Numbered from the stretch's first letter, positions 10,329 through 23,161 are shown. The stretch is 64,000 nt of DNA from Candidatus Omnitrophota bacterium (GCA_028280285.1 JANQMA010000017.1:993-64992); one strand, 5' to 3'. Translations and numbers: made by a program. The notes: generated from the letters alone by a model not told the origin.

Positions 10329-10831
10329 GTAACACAAATAAAAAACTAGAATACTATAATTGCTTTATTCAACCTGGACAGGTGGTTTACAGCCAGGATC
10401 CATCATTAATTTGTGCCGTGTGTGGCAATGGTGTTGTGATTGTGTTGCATGATCGTATTAAAAAGATTGGAGGAGCAGTGCATTGTGTTTATCCTAAATT
10501 AGGACGGGGTCAAAGAGCGAGTAATTATCATGTCGATAGTGCGATTACATCTTTAGTGCAAAGCCTCAAGTCTCTTAAGGCTTCTGCAAGAAGCCTTGAG
10601 GCACAATTATTCGGTGGCGGATGTTACCGTGGGTATGAAAAAAAACGCGCGGAGAAGGTTGTCCTACGCGTCAGAAAAATTTTAAAGGGGCTTAAAATCA
10701 ACATTGTTTCGGAAGATATAGGAGGAGTCCTCGGAAGGAAGGTCGTTTTTAACACGCGCTCAGGAGAGGTTGTTGTGCATAAAACGCGAAAGGTCCGGAA
10801 AACAGATTGGATGCCTGAGTGCCTGCTTTAG
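10325..10831 (+). CDS. CheD-like protein with degenerate catalytic motif
   Basis: FIQPGQ, LEAQLFGGG, SEDIGGVLGRKVVFNT are CheD-like; the LGSCV motif reads CGNGV. Confidence 0.8.
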   Translation: MSNTNKKLEYYNCFIQPGQVVYSQDPSLICAVCGNGVVIVLHDRIKKIGGAVHCVYPKLGRGQRASNYHVDSAITSLVQSLKSLKASARSLEAQLFGGGCYRGYEKKRAEKVVLRVRKILKGLKINIVSEDIGGVLGRKVVFNTRSGEVVVHKTRKVRKTDWMPECLL

Positions 10832-11676
10832 AGCTAAACGATAATATATACCGGTTATTTGCAGATTTTATTTATCAGAAAAGCGGAATCGACCTGGGAG
10901 CAAATAAAAAAGGTCTGTTGAAGACGAGACTTCAAAAGCGGATCAGTGCTCTTGGGCTTAGTTCTTTTGAAGAATATTACGAGTTGGTTGTTGAGCAGAA
11001 AGATAGCGAAGAGTTAGTCGGAATGCTTGATGTGGTCTCAACGAACTATACGTTTTTCTTTAGAGAAAGGGATCATTTTGATTTTCTACTTAATGAGGGT
11101 ATTGGATGTATTGCGGAACGTAAAAATGAAACAGGCATTAAACAGCTTAGGGCATGGTGTGCGGCTTCTTCGACCGGTGAGGAAGCATATTCGATTATGA
11201 TTTGCCTTTTGGAGAAAATAAATCCAAGCCTCGGGTGGGATATTAAGATGCTGGCAACAGATATCTCGACGCAAGTGTTAGAAAAGGCAAAGAGAGGAGT
11301 TTACGGGGAAAATCAAGTTCAGAAAATGCCGAAGGCATTTGTCCATAAATATCTTGATACAGTGACTAACAAAGATAATAACCAAGCGTATCGCGTAAAA
11401 CCGATTTTGAATAATTATATTACCTATAGAAGACTTAATCTGATGAATCAGCGATTTCCTTTTAAGGGTAAATTTGATTTTATCTTCTGCCGTAATGTCA
11501 TGATTTATTTTGATCGCCCAACGCAAGAAATGCTTATTAAGAAAATGGCCTCATATTTAGAGGACGACGGGTATCTTTTTATAGGACATTCAGAGGCGCT
11601 GCCTGTTTCTTGTAAAAAGTATTTAAAGACTTTAGGGTCGGCACTTTTTCAGAAAATAAAAGGTGTTGATTTATAA
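10819..11676 (+). CDS. cheR: chemotaxis methyltransferase CheR
   Basis: TNYTFFFRE, WCAASSTGEEAYSI, ATDIS, FDFIFCRNVMIYFD, GHSE. Confidence 0.96.
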   Translation: MPALELNDNIYRLFADFIYQKSGIDLGANKKGLLKTRLQKRISALGLSSFEEYYELVVEQKDSEELVGMLDVVSTNYTFFFRERDHFDFLLNEGIGCIAERKNETGIKQLRAWCAASSTGEEAYSIMICLLEKINPSLGWDIKMLATDISTQVLEKAKRGVYGENQVQKMPKAFVHKYLDTVTNKDNNQAYRVKPILNNYITYRRLNLMNQRFPFKGKFDFIFCRNVMIYFDRPTQEMLIKKMASYLEDDGYLFIGHSEALPVSCKKYLKTLGSALFQKIKGVDL

Positions 11677-11696
11677 AGGGGTTAAATAAAAACACT

Positions 11697-13085
11697 ATGC
11701 GATTTTATAAAAGAATTGTTTTAGGGATGTTTTTTCTGGCGGTGCTTATGATGTATGCGTTTTATCTAGACTTTTCGATATTTCTTGAAAATAAAGAAAA
11801 TTATCAAACGACGATCGAGCAAAATAACACCGGTTGGCGTGAGATTCAAGTAATGAAGAAGGATGTGCTGGCGATAAAAACGGCCATGTATCAACTGGTA
11901 GATTGGGATGTAGCGGCTGATGCTGATTTTCGTAAAAAAGCAATTCTATCAACAATAATGGTGAAATTGCGTGATTCTCATAATCAACTACATTTGTTTT
12001 CGCTTAATGATCAAGGCCTATATGCCTCTTTAGAAAATCAAGTTTACGATCTTTTTAAGATTCGGGAAAACTCTTTTTATTACCAAAGTTTGATTGGTGG
12101 CACAAGCATACAACAAGGTGGGGAACAGATCAGTGTCTATTTACAACACCTCATGTGGGAAAATGAAAAGTGGTGGCAGGCTGCAGAGAAAAGTTTGAGC
12201 GATAACCGGGTTATAGAAACTCAGTGGCCACTCGAGCCCTTAATGACGCGCTATTTTTCCGGGGCGAAGCGGGATGAAGGGCTTATAGACTTGTTTGACC
12301 GCCTTAAAAAAAGTCGCGGTCTTATCTATCAGATGGTTGAATCGATGGAGAGAGAAGATTCCTTTACGCAGAAAGAGAATATTTTTCGCGACAATGAGTC
12401 TGTAAAACAACAGACTCACCAGGCACTTGTTGATCTGCGGGATTATTGGATGAGTCGGCAAAGCGAGTTGCAGCAAAGATGGACACTGCAATCTTCTCTG
12501 GCATTTGACTTAATTAATCAAATCGATCTATGGCTTGATGAACTGCTGGCCCAAAGAAATCAATTATTGGCTGATCAGATTATGACCAGTCAATCAGCCG
12601 ATAAAACGATCAATGAGCTTGAGCTGGGCATTACAGTATTAAATATTCTTATCATCGTCCTCATGTCTATTTTGATTATCCGGTTTTCAACGAAGTTTTT
12701 GTTTAGGTTGGATAATCTTAATGAGGGCACGCGTCAAATATGTAATGCCGCACAAGACCTTTATCAAAAGCAAATTGATGATATCCATGATATGGCGGAT
12801 GCCGTAAGCAGAAATGAACCATATATTGGTGAAAGGACCGATAGTTTAAAAAAGGACATTCGGATGACTAATAATTTGGTTGAGAATGTTGAGCTTCTCA
12901 ATGAATTGGTTTTGGATGTTAATCAAGCTGCTGGACGTAAAATGTTTTTTTTAGATCAGGACAATCATCGTGGTCCTGAGAGGCGAGGTGAGCGCGTTAA
13001 TAATAATCAACTCGAGGCATACTTTGAGAATTTAATAGGTGCTAAACAGCCACAAAAAATCCAAGCAATGCACGACGATAGGTGA
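11697..13085 (+). CDS. two-TM membrane protein resembling a degenerate chemoreceptor without a signalling tip
   Basis: TM at the N-terminus and near aa 310-330, helical periplasmic region, short cytoplasmic coil with no [13 protein letters not shown] motif; lies inside the che operon. Confidence 0.55.
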   Translation: MRFYKRIVLGMFFLAVLMMYAFYLDFSIFLENKENYQTTIEQNNTGWREIQVMKKDVLAIKTAMYQLVDWDVAADADFRKKAILSTIMVKLRDSHNQLHLFSLNDQGLYASLENQVYDLFKIRENSFYYQSLIGGTSIQQGGEQISVYLQHLMWENEKWWQAAEKSLSDNRVIETQWPLEPLMTRYFSGAKRDEGLIDLFDRLKKSRGLIYQMVESMEREDSFTQKENIFRDNESVKQQTHQALVDLRDYWMSRQSELQQRWTLQSSLAFDLINQIDLWLDELLAQRNQLLADQIMTSQSADKTINELELGITVLNILIIVLMSILIIRFSTKFLFRLDNLNEGTRQICNAAQDLYQKQIDDIHDMADAVSRNEPYIGERTDSLKKDIRMTNNLVENVELLNELVLDVNQAAGRKMFFLDQDNHRGPERRGERVNNNQLEAYFENLIGAKQPQKIQAMHDDR

Positions 13086-13089
13086 ATAG

Positions 13090-14142
<1,053 letters not shown>

Positions 14143-14154
14143 AGGAATGTATAT

Positions 14155-14550
14155 ATGTTTCCTATTAAAAATATCATGACCAAAGATGTCGTTTCGGTTA
14201 CATCGGATACACCTATTTATGAGGCTATTGAGCAACTGGTCGTCAATAGGATCAGCGGTGTGCCGGTTGTAACGCACGATATGCGGCTGGTCGGTGTTTT
14301 AAGTGAGTGGGATGTTTTACAGTTATTAACGGAAAAGGAAGTTGGTAAAGAACGTACAGTCGAAAGCTATATGACTAAGGAAGTCATTAGTTTTGATGAA
14401 AATGAAAGCGCACTTAAAGTATGCGAATTTTTTAAAGACAGTTATAAGCGGCGTGCTCCTGTGATTAGAGATGGCAAGTTGGTTGGCGTTGTTAGTCGCC
14501 ATGATGTGATTGAATTAATTTTAAGAATACGAAGAAAGATTTCAAGATAG
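14155..14550 (+). CDS. CBS-domain pair protein
   Basis: Two CBS repeats (IMTKDVVSV...SGVPVV...LVGVLSEWD; YMTKEV...LVGVVSRHD). Confidence 0.9.
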   Translation: MFPIKNIMTKDVVSVTSDTPIYEAIEQLVVNRISGVPVVTHDMRLVGVLSEWDVLQLLTEKEVGKERTVESYMTKEVISFDENESALKVCEFFKDSYKRRAPVIRDGKLVGVVSRHDVIELILRIRRKISR

Positions 14551-14564
14551 AAAGGAATGGGATT

Positions 14565-14975
14565 ATGTGGAGAATTTTAGTGGTTGATGACAGTTTCACT
14601 AATCGTCAGCTTATTTTAGAAATTTTACGTGGCAAGGCAGAGTGTGATATGGCGGCCAATGGTATGGAGGCGATGACGGCGTATAAAGATTCATTAAATA
14701 ATAAACCGTACGATCTTATTTTGTTAGATGTGGCCATGCCGGAGATAAGCGGTACCGAGTTTTTAGGTCAACTAAGGGAACACGAGAAAACATCAGGCAT
14801 TGATTTAGGCGACGGCATACCGGTTATTATGGTAACGGCCTATGATAAACCTGTAATCGAGTCTTTCAATAAAGGGTGCGATGATTATATTTTAAAACCT
14901 GTGGACCCGGATGAATTACTGAGAAAAGTTGAGGATAAATTAGGCAAGGTTTCGAGCACTAATCAGGAAGAGTGA
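14565..14975 (+). CDS. single-domain response regulator (CheY-like)
   Basis: ILVVDD, LLDVAMP, IMVTA, YILKP. Confidence 0.92.
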   Translation: MWRILVVDDSFTNRQLILEILRGKAECDMAANGMEAMTAYKDSLNNKPYDLILLDVAMPEISGTEFLGQLREHEKTSGIDLGDGIPVIMVTAYDKPVIESFNKGCDDYILKPVDPDELLRKVEDKLGKVSSTNQEE

Positions 14976-14977
14976 AT

Positions 14978-15907
14978 ATGGAAGCAGAGCCGGTCGGTCC
15001 AACTGACCTTGAACGGGTTTTTCTTCTTCCGGGCGAGTATCATGTGACAGAAAAACCAAAATTTTTAGCGACACTTTTAGGATCATGTGTCGCGGTATGC
15101 CTTTATAACAAGCATAACGGGAGTGCTGCGTTGAATCATTTTGTGCGGGACAGATCATCAGCCGGTGACAATGATATAGGCCGGTTCGGAGACCTTTCGA
15201 TTAAACATATTGTCAAAGGTTTAAAAGCCTTTGATCCGGATCCTTCCCATTATGAGGCCAAAATATACGGCGGAGGTAATGTGGTTGGGCATTTGAACTT
15301 TGGTGTGAATATAGGCGCGCAAAATATTTCTGTAGCCAAAGAAGTATTGGGTGAGTTGCGTATCCCTATTGTGGAAGATGATACCGGTGGAGGACGGGGC
15401 AGAAAGATTTATTTTAACACATCTAATTTTGATGTCATGACCCGTTTTATGGGTCAGGAGAAAAGAGATTTTAGTAAGCAAGACGTCCGGGTTTTAATCG
15501 TCGATGATTCTATGCTTGTGCGTAGTGTTTTGCGTGGTGTGATTGAACAAACCCCAGGCATGAAAGTTGTTGCAGAGGCATCTGATGCTTTTGAAGCGCG
15601 CGATCTTATTATATCGACGGATCCTGATGTGATCAGTTTGGATATTGTGATGCCAAAAATCGATGGCCTTAAGTTTTTGGAAAAAATTATGGGGCATTAC
15701 CCAAAACCGGTGGTGATTGTTTCAACGATTGCCAAAAACAACTCTGATATAACGAAAAAAGCCCAGAAGCTGGGTGCTGTGGGTGTTGTCGACAAAGATG
15801 TCTTGGAGATTTATAAAGGACAGGAACGGGCCAAAAAAGAGTATATTCCCCTTTTGCGTATGGCAGCGGATCGAAAGGTTGAGAAAACAGTTAAGTATGA
15901 GCGTTAA
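14978..15907 (+). CDS. cheD: CheD glutamine deamidase fused to a CheB-type receiver domain
   Basis: Intact LLGSCVAVCL...NHF CheD motif followed by VLIVDDS...SLDIVMP REC; alternative GTG start at 14972. Confidence 0.88.
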   Translation: MEAEPVGPTDLERVFLLPGEYHVTEKPKFLATLLGSCVAVCLYNKHNGSAALNHFVRDRSSAGDNDIGRFGDLSIKHIVKGLKAFDPDPSHYEAKIYGGGNVVGHLNFGVNIGAQNISVAKEVLGELRIPIVEDDTGGGRGRKIYFNTSNFDVMTRFMGQEKRDFSKQDVRVLIVDDSMLVRSVLRGVIEQTPGMKVVAEASDAFEARDLIISTDPDVISLDIVMPKIDGLKFLEKIMGHYPKPVVIVSTIAKNNSDITKKAQKLGAVGVVDKDVLEIYKGQERAKKEYIPLLRMAADRKVEKTVKYER

Positions 15908-16841
15908 TAAAATTCTTATTTATGAAGAAGTGGCCGATGATGTGGCCATGATCGAGTATCTTTGCAAGCAGCATGAGATGGAGCCGCATCTTGCACGTGA
16001 TTTTAGCGAGGCCGAGCATATTCTTAAAAGAGAGGATATTAGTGTTGCGGTAATTAATTACGCCCTTGAAAAGTTGACCTTAAAAAGTGATATCGCGGTT
16101 GTAGCGACAGGAGAATCAAGGCTGGAGGCCAGTATGAAGATTATTGGCTACAATCCCGTCTGTTTTATTCCTAAGCCTTTGACTTTTGCGACGATTTCAT
16201 TAGGGTTGACCAAGGCGGCCAAATCATTGTGTGAGACCAAAAGTTATCCTTCTAATGTTGTTAATGTGTTTATGATTTTAGGGGAAATGGAGGCAAAGCT
16301 TATAGCCTTAACAAAAGATGAGCATCACAATATGACTTTAAGTGAACTGGTTAAAGATCATTGTGAGGAGCATTGTCCGTTTGCATGCACCGGAAGCCAG
16401 ATGAGCCAAGACGATGAAAATGAGTATGAGGTGCTTAATTATTTTACATCCCGTGGGGCCTTATTTTGTAAACGTAAAAATATTTGTGAGCTATGGCGTT
16501 TTCATGACTGGTTGGCTGAGGATTATCCGCATCTTGTCAGTGAGCGTCCAACGGATTTGTTGCGGTGTGATTCGTTGAGTGAAGAAAAGATTGGTTTTAT
16601 GGACGGTCTGACACGGGTGATTCAAAAATATAATGACAAGATCAATTTGCTTTATGAGTTGAAGTTTGAGTATGACATGAAAAAATGTGACGCCAAAAAG
16701 GAAGGACTAGAGTTTCAAAAAGGAGATCATCTTTTTTCCAAGGCAGATGAAATTATGAATTGCACTAATTGTGCGTATTGCACAGAGCATGAATGCCCCT
16801 TGGATAAATTCTTTGAAATTTTTAAAAGGAAAGTTATTTAA
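15897..16841 (+). CDS. degenerate receiver domain plus two Cys-rich repeats
   Basis: KILIYEE...FIPKP REC-like fold without the canonical Asp residues; HCEEHCPFAC...FCKRKNIC and KKC...CTNCAYCTEHEC. Start placed at ATG 15897. Confidence 0.6.
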   Translation: MSVNKILIYEEVADDVAMIEYLCKQHEMEPHLARDFSEAEHILKREDISVAVINYALEKLTLKSDIAVVATGESRLEASMKIIGYNPVCFIPKPLTFATISLGLTKAAKSLCETKSYPSNVVNVFMILGEMEAKLIALTKDEHHNMTLSELVKDHCEEHCPFACTGSQMSQDDENEYEVLNYFTSRGALFCKRKNICELWRFHDWLAEDYPHLVSERPTDLLRCDSLSEEKIGFMDGLTRVIQKYNDKINLLYELKFEYDMKKCDAKKEGLEFQKGDHLFSKADEIMNCTNCAYCTEHECPLDKFFEIFKRKVI

Positions 16842-16844
16842 TCA

Positions 16845-18032
16845 ATGAAAAAAATACTTATTGTCGACGACGACCCAAATACAAGAAACCTCATGAAACA
16901 AGCCCTTAAAGGTAATGAGTTTATGGAGGCCGAAAACGGCATCAAGGCGCTCGAAGTGGTGGAAGACTTCGATCCCGATCTTATATTGCTTGATCAGAGA
17001 ATGCCCGAGATGGATGGCATTATGACGCTCGATGAGCTCAATAAAAAAGGCATTGAGTTTTATTGCATTATGGTGACGGCTGAAGGGACTGTGCAGTTGG
17101 CAACCGAATCGCTTAAAAGAGGTGCGATTGATTTTATTCAAAAGCCCTTTGATATTTTTGCCTTCCAGCATGTGGTGGAAAGATCCCTGCAGTATGTAGA
17201 AGTAGAAAAAGAGCGTAAACAAGCTCAAGAGGAGTTGGTTCGTCATAAAAATCATCTCGAAGAATTGGTTAAAGAAAGAACAGCCGAGGCCGATAGGGCA
17301 AGGCTCGCTGCCGAAGATGCCAATCAGGCTAAATCGGAGTTTTTGGCGAATATGAGTCATGAGCTACGCACACCGATGCATGCGATTCTAAGTTTTGCCA
17401 AGTTTGGCGATGACCGTATCGATAAAGTAGAAAAGGAAAAACTACACACATACTTTAAAGAAATACGCGGCAGCGGGGAGAGGCTGCTGAGGCTGCTTAA
17501 TGATCTTCTCGATCTTTCTAAATTGGAGGCCGGTCAGACAACATATGAAATGAAACAAGAAAAACTCTCTATTCTTATGCAAAGAGTTATCTTGGAGCTT
17601 TCATCTGTCTGTGAAGAAAAGAAAGTTTCCGTGGTATTTCAGGAGCCGGGCTTTGATGATCAAGTTTATGCTGATGCCAGCAAAATTATTCAGGTAATGG
17701 TTAATCTATTATCCAATGCCGTTAAGTTTTCTCCGGAGGGAGAAAGCATTACGATTGATTTACAAGATGATGGGGACAACATTATATATGCCGTAATTGA
17801 TAAAGGTGTGGGTATTCCGAAAGATGAGTTAGAGCATGTGTTTGATAAGTTCGTTCAAAGTAGTAAAACAAAATCCGGAGCCGGGGGAACAGGTCTTGGG
17901 TTGGCTATTGCCAAAAAGATTGTCGTTGATCATGACGGAACGATTTGGGCTGAGGAAAATCCAGAAGGAGGTGCGATCTTTAAAATGCGTCTTCCTAAGA
18001 AAAAGCCGGAGAGTGATTTCTCAGCATCATAG
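16845..18032 (+). CDS. REC-HisKA-HATPase hybrid histidine kinase
   Basis: ILIVDDD; [14 protein letters not shown]; NLLSNAVKFS; DKGVG; GGTGLGL. Confidence 0.95.
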   Translation: MKKILIVDDDPNTRNLMKQALKGNEFMEAENGIKALEVVEDFDPDLILLDQRMPEMDGIMTLDELNKKGIEFYCIMVTAEGTVQLATESLKRGAIDFIQKPFDIFAFQHVVERSLQYVEVEKERKQAQEELVRHKNHLEELVKERTAEADRARLAAEDANQAKSEFLANMSHELRTPMHAILSFAKFGDDRIDKVEKEKLHTYFKEIRGSGERLLRLLNDLLDLSKLEAGQTTYEMKQEKLSILMQRVILELSSVCEEKKVSVVFQEPGFDDQVYADASKIIQVMVNLLSNAVKFSPEGESITIDLQDDGDNIIYAVIDKGVGIPKDELEHVFDKFVQSSKTKSGAGGTGLGLAIAKKIVVDHDGTIWAEENPEGGAIFKMRLPKKKPESDFSAS

Positions 18033-18053
18033 GTAACATAAGGAGAATAAACA

Positions 18054-19136
18054 GTGCCAGATAATCATTCACGCATTCTCATTGTCGATGATGAACCGTC
18101 TAATATTGCTGTTTTAGAAAATATTTTTGAAGGAGAGTTTGTCCTTAAGTCTGTGTCTTCGGGCAAAGAAGCGCTTGAGGCGATAGAGGATTTTTATCCA
18201 GACATTGTCTTACTTGACATTATGATGCCCGGGCTTGACGGGTATGAAGTCTGCCAAAGGCTTCGTGACAGAGAAGAAACGCGCTTTACAAAAATTATAT
18301 TTGTCAGCGCCAAAGAAAAGACAGAAGACAGGCTTAAAGGTTACGGTACGGGGGCGGATGATTATATCACCAAGCCTTTTGATGCCGATGAAATAGCGGC
18401 TAAGGTGCGTATTTTTTTAAAGCTCAAATATGTCGAAGAAGTTGATGAGATCAAAAATGAATTTTTAAATATGTTTGTTAAGGAAAAAAAGACGCCTTTG
18501 CGCGAGATTTTGGGGTTTGCTTCTCTTTTAAAAAAGAGTGTCTTGCCGTCTTTTGCGGATCAGGTTTCGGTTGATGAAATCATTGAACGCGGTAATCACT
18601 TATGGGAGCTTTCTAAAAAAACAAAACTTTTGTGTGAGCTTAAACACAACAAACCATTAACGCAGCAACACCAGGAGATTAATTCCCTGATTGATATGGC
18701 TGTGGAAAATGCCAAGGCTAGATGTAAAAACAAAGATATTTCGTTTCATATACCGAATGGATTTAAACAAGAGGTTTTTCTCGATCCTTCTCTATTTGCG
18801 AAGGCTTTAGCGTATGTGATTGAGAATGCTATTGAGCATTCTCAATCCGGGGGAGAAATAACCGTTTTTTGTGAAGAGGCGGATGAACGATTTTCAGTGA
18901 AAGTTAAAGATCAAGGGCAGCGCATTGACAATAAAAATATGCGAAATATTTTTAATGAATTTGCCACGTCTAATGATAATGCTCCAGAACGTCGTGGAGG
19001 GATCAACTTAACGATTGCCAGAAGAATTGCTTGGCTTCATCAAGGGGATTTTAACATTAGCAATAATGAACATGAGGGTGTCACGTTTGAGTTTAGTTTG
19101 CCTAAAACCGTCGAAAGAGGCAGTTTAACGGATTAA
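18054..19136 (+). CDS. REC plus degenerate histidine kinase (probable pseudokinase)
   Basis: Intact REC; H-box reads MFVKEKKTPL; G boxes read DQGQR and RRGGINL. Confidence 0.85.
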   Translation: MPDNHSRILIVDDEPSNIAVLENIFEGEFVLKSVSSGKEALEAIEDFYPDIVLLDIMMPGLDGYEVCQRLRDREETRFTKIIFVSAKEKTEDRLKGYGTGADDYITKPFDADEIAAKVRIFLKLKYVEEVDEIKNEFLNMFVKEKKTPLREILGFASLLKKSVLPSFADQVSVDEIIERGNHLWELSKKTKLLCELKHNKPLTQQHQEINSLIDMAVENAKARCKNKDISFHIPNGFKQEVFLDPSLFAKALAYVIENAIEHSQSGGEITVFCEEADERFSVKVKDQGQRIDNKNMRNIFNEFATSNDNAPERRGGINLTIARRIAWLHQGDFNISNNEHEGVTFEFSLPKTVERGSLTD

Positions 19137-19159
19137 CGTATCTTTGGGGGAATCGACTT

Positions 19160-20248
19160 ATGGACAGCCATAATCATAGAACCAAAATTTTGGCGGTGGA
19201 TGATGAGCCGACCAACATAACGATTTTCGAAAACATCTTTGAAGATAAAAAACGCTTTGAGTTAAGAACAGCTTCTTCAGGAGAAGAGGCTTTGGGTGTG
19301 ATGCCGGTGTTCAGACCGGATGTTGTTCTTTTGGATATCATGATGCCCGGCATAGACGGTTATGAAGTTTGTCAGAAAATAAGAGATGATGAAAACCTTC
19401 GTTTTACAAAGACCATTATGGTTTCCGCGAAAGCCATGCATGAGGAGAGAATTAGAGGCTATGAGTGTGGGGCCAATGATTATGTCACCAAACCATTTGA
19501 TGAAGATGAACTTCTTATGAAAGTTGAAAGTTTCTTTCAACTGAAATTTGCTAGTGAAATTAGTCAAGTGAAAGAAAATTTGATTAAGCTTGTTTCTCAT
19601 GAGTTGCGCACCCCACTTAACGGTATTTTGGGTTTTAGTGCCTTGCTTGATAAAAGTAATACGATAGGCGAAAGCGAAAAAAGATATATCCATCAGGTGA
19701 TGGAATGCGGTAATCAGCTGCTTGAGTTTTCGCAGAAAGCCTTATTGTTGTGTGATCTAAGATCAGGCAAAGCGCTCACCAAACAGTGGTGTTCGCTTAA
19801 TGAGATTATCACAAAGATTATTGCCAAACTGAAAGTCAAAGCCTCTGAATCGAATATAACTTTTTCTTATGAGGACAAAATCGATGAAGCGGTTTTAGGT
19901 GATTCTGTTCTTATTGAGCAGGCCTTAACATTTGTTATTGAAAATGCGGTTAAATTTTCCCCGGCCAATGGGGAGGTGTCCATACTGGCACAAAGTACCG
20001 GTCATGAGTGCATCATCCATGTGCAGGATCAAGGAGAGGGGATTGATGAAAGGCGGGTCGATGAGATATTTGAGGAAATGTCGCTCGATAATATGGATAA
20101 TCACCAGGAAGGCCAAGGCCTAAGCCTTGCTATTGCACAAAGTATTATGCAGTTACATGGCGGAACATTACAGTTATCGGAAAATTCTAAAGAGGGGTGT
20201 ACGTTTACGTTTAAATTTCCACCGTCGAAAGATAGCACTGTTAAGTAG
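19160..20248 (+). CDS. REC-HisKA-HATPase hybrid histidine kinase
   Basis: [27 protein letters not shown]. Confidence 0.93.
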   Translation: MDSHNHRTKILAVDDEPTNITIFENIFEDKKRFELRTASSGEEALGVMPVFRPDVVLLDIMMPGIDGYEVCQKIRDDENLRFTKTIMVSAKAMHEERIRGYECGANDYVTKPFDEDELLMKVESFFQLKFASEISQVKENLIKLVSHELRTPLNGILGFSALLDKSNTIGESEKRYIHQVMECGNQLLEFSQKALLLCDLRSGKALTKQWCSLNEIITKIIAKLKVKASESNITFSYEDKIDEAVLGDSVLIEQALTFVIENAVKFSPANGEVSILAQSTGHECIIHVQDQGEGIDERRVDEIFEEMSLDNMDNHQEGQGLSLAIAQSIMQLHGGTLQLSENSKEGCTFTFKFPPSKDSTVK

Positions 20249-20262
20249 AAATTAGGGGAAAA

Positions 20263-23118
20263 ATGAATTATTTTACGAAATATTCCGGACTTCATAAATA
20301 TGCAGGTAACAAGTACAGTATTTCGGTTATTTTGATGGTTTTAAGCGGGTTTGCCTTAACAGTCTTTGGTCTTGATATGACAAAGAAGTTTGAAAGAGAA
20401 TGGGTTAAAAAGACATTTACAAACAGGGCTCTTGAATTAAGCATGGCGATCAAAGAAGAGATTGATCTTGATTTAGAAAATCTGAACTCTATCAAAGCGT
20501 TTTACGCATCAACCGGTTATGTGAACAGGATTGAATTTAAAGAATTTACTCAACCTATTTTGGAGCGTCATCCGAGTATTCGTGCCTTGGAATGGATCCC
20601 GCGGATGACCGATGAGAACCGCGAAGAATACATCGCCAAAGCGCACGTTGACGGTCATCGCGATTTTCGCATTTTCAAAGTTACTGAGGAGGGTAATTTT
20701 ATTGAGGCCAAAGCCGGTGGAGAATACTTTCCCATCTATTATGTGGAGCCTTTTGAAGATAATAAAAAGGTTTTTGGGTTCGATGTTTCTTCAAGCCCTG
20801 TGCGCTGGAGAAGTTTGATTAAATCACTTAATACCGGCCGTATGACGGCCACCGCTCCGCTTCGCCTTTTGCAAGACGATTTCAATGAATTCGGCATTTT
20901 GGTTTTTAACCCCATTTATCAAAAGAAAACTTCGGCAAGCTTTGCGGAAGAGCGTTATAAGAATATCAAGGGCTTTGTGGTAGGGGTTTTTCATATCGCC
21001 GGTATGATTGAAGGGGTGCTGACAACGTTACAAACGCAAGGGCTTAATATTTATTTGTTTGATAGTATGGCACGAATGAAAGAACAGTTATTCTATCGTT
21101 ACGAACCGGACTTCACATCAGGTGAACAACCTGAACGTTTAGACCAATCCGCTTTGGCTATAGATGTTAAAGATTTAAGATCAGGAACATTTTACGAAGA
21201 ACATTTTCGTGTAGGCGATCACACCTGGACCATTATTTGTAAGCCATCAGAAAGTTTTATAGCTTCTTTAAAAACAAATCAGTCATGGATTCCACTGTCT
21301 ATTGCTGTGTTACTCATAGCTCTTCTCATTATATATTTTATCAGTCATACTCAAAAGTCGTCTCTGGTTGAAAACATTGTCGAGGATAGGACCAAGGAAT
21401 TGTCGGTTGTTAATGATCGCCTGGAGGAGGAGGTGGAGGAGCGCAGGGCAACGGCAGAAAATTTGGCTAGAACAATCAAGGATTTGGAGAAGGCCAAAAA
21501 AGCAGCCATGAACATTATGCGGGATTTCAGAATAGAAAAGGATAAGGCTCAGGCATTAGCGCATCAAGCCCAGGCGGCGGCTCAGGCCAAAAGCGAATTT
21601 TTAGCGAACATGTCGCATGAAATCCGCACACCGATGAATTCGATACTCGGTTTTAGTAAGCTTCTCAAGCAAACAGACCTTGATGAGGAGCAAATGGATT
21701 TTATATTGACGGTTGAATCAAGCGGGGAAGTGCTGTTGGAGTTGATCAATGATATTTTAGACTTTTCTAAAATCGAAGCCGGTAAGGTGGAGTTAGAGAA
21801 AATTGATTTTGATTTAGAGCCGCTGATTGTTGATGTTTTTAAGATGATGACATCGAAGTTCGGGGGTAAAGACATTGAAACCTATATTGATATTGCCGAT
21901 AATGTGCCTGCCCGTATTAAGGGGGATACGACACGGTTAAGACAAGTGCTTATGAATTTTTTAAGCAATGCGATTAAATTTACCTCCCAGGGAGAAATTG
22001 GAATTAAGATCAATCTTGAAGAAGAACGGGAAGATGTGTCTGCACTGCGTTTTTCTGTCAATGACACAGGGATCGGAATACCCGAGGATAAACGGGAGGA
22101 AATATTTGAGTCGTTCAGCCAGGCGGATATGTCGACCAGCCGCAAGTTTGGCGGCACTGGTCTGGGGCTTGCGATTTCCAAGGCTTTAATCACGGCTATG
22201 CAGGGAAAAGTCTGGATTGAGTCAGAGGTTGGTGTCGGTAGTAGTTTTATATTTACAGGATGTTTTGGTAAAGCAGAACCGGTTGAGACAACGGCAATTA
22301 AAAAACGCGATCTGACCGGAACAAAGATTATGATTGTCGACGATAGCGTTATGTCGCAGAAGATTTCCCAGAGACTTTGTGAGCGCTTGAAACTGGATGT
22401 TTTATCTGTGGCTGATAGCGCACCGGCGGCCTTACAGAAAATAGATGAGTTGGCCGCCGGTGACAATCTTCCTGATATTATTTTAAGCGATATCATGATG
22501 CCGCAGATGAATGGCTATGCCTTGATGAAAAAAATTAAAAGCCATACAAAGTGTGATTCTGTGAGAGTGATTGCGATGACACATAACCTTGAGCTCGGCA
22601 TTGCTAAAAAAGCTAAAGAGGAAGGCTTTGACGGGTTTTTACATAAACCTTTGGTCAAAAGTGAGCTGGAAAAAGAAATCATCACAACGTTAAGTGAAAG
22701 TCAAACAGAACTAAAGAGAACTGTTTCTTCGACCGATGAACAAGGAGCCGCGCGGGATATCAGGATTCTTGTTGTCGAAGATAATATTGCCAATCAAAAG
22801 TTGCTTAAGATTCAATTGAATAAATGGGGGTATGACAGCGACTATGTCTTTAACGGGCAAGAAGCGATTGATAAGCTTAAGGAAGATGATCAGTATGATA
22901 TTTGTCTTATGGATCTGCAAATGCCTGTGATGGGTGGCGAGGAGGCCTCGCGGATTATCCGCAAGGACGTTGATAAAGAGATTCCGATCATCGCTTTAAC
23001 GGCTAAGATTGTTGATAATGTAGAAGACGAATGCCGGGAAGCGGGCATGAATGATTATGTCAGCAAACCGATTGATGCGGATGATTTAAAGGAAAAGATT
23101 TTAAAATATACAGCGTAA
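20263..23118 (+). CDS. CHASE-domain hybrid sensor kinase with two receiver domains
   Basis: TM-CHASE ([22 protein letters not shown])-TM; MSHEIRTPM; GGTGLGL; two C-terminal REC domains. Confidence 0.94.
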   Translation: MNYFTKYSGLHKYAGNKYSISVILMVLSGFALTVFGLDMTKKFEREWVKKTFTNRALELSMAIKEEIDLDLENLNSIKAFYASTGYVNRIEFKEFTQPILERHPSIRALEWIPRMTDENREEYIAKAHVDGHRDFRIFKVTEEGNFIEAKAGGEYFPIYYVEPFEDNKKVFGFDVSSSPVRWRSLIKSLNTGRMTATAPLRLLQDDFNEFGILVFNPIYQKKTSASFAEERYKNIKGFVVGVFHIAGMIEGVLTTLQTQGLNIYLFDSMARMKEQLFYRYEPDFTSGEQPERLDQSALAIDVKDLRSGTFYEEHFRVGDHTWTIICKPSESFIASLKTNQSWIPLSIAVLLIALLIIYFISHTQKSSLVENIVEDRTKELSVVNDRLEEEVEERRATAENLARTIKDLEKAKKAAMNIMRDFRIEKDKAQALAHQAQAAAQAKSEFLANMSHEIRTPMNSILGFSKLLKQTDLDEEQMDFILTVESSGEVLLELINDILDFSKIEAGKVELEKIDFDLEPLIVDVFKMMTSKFGGKDIETYIDIADNVPARIKGDTTRLRQVLMNFLSNAIKFTSQGEIGIKINLEEEREDVSALRFSVNDTGIGIPEDKREEIFESFSQADMSTSRKFGGTGLGLAISKALITAMQGKVWIESEVGVGSSFIFTGCFGKAEPVETTAIKKRDLTGTKIMIVDDSVMSQKISQRLCERLKLDVLSVADSAPAALQKIDELAAGDNLPDIILSDIMMPQMNGYALMKKIKSHTKCDSVRVIAMTHNLELGIAKKAKEEGFDGFLHKPLVKSELEKEIITTLSESQTELKRTVSSTDEQGAARDIRILVVEDNIANQKLLKIQLNKWGYDSDYVFNGQEAIDKLKEDDQYDICLMDLQMPVMGGEEASRIIRKDVDKEIPIIALTAKIVDNVEDECREAGMNDYVSKPIDADDLKEKILKYTA

Positions 23119-23161
23119 AGCATTTACTTAAAAAATGTAAGGCAAAAGGGGAGACTGCTCT

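Noticed and set aside
16842-17360. Long antisense and alternate-frame ORFs (also 21882-22496, 48531-49223, 37235-37762, 60725-61270, 62341-62913)
   Set aside because: They are shadows of well-conserved + strand genes, with no motifs or SD of their own.
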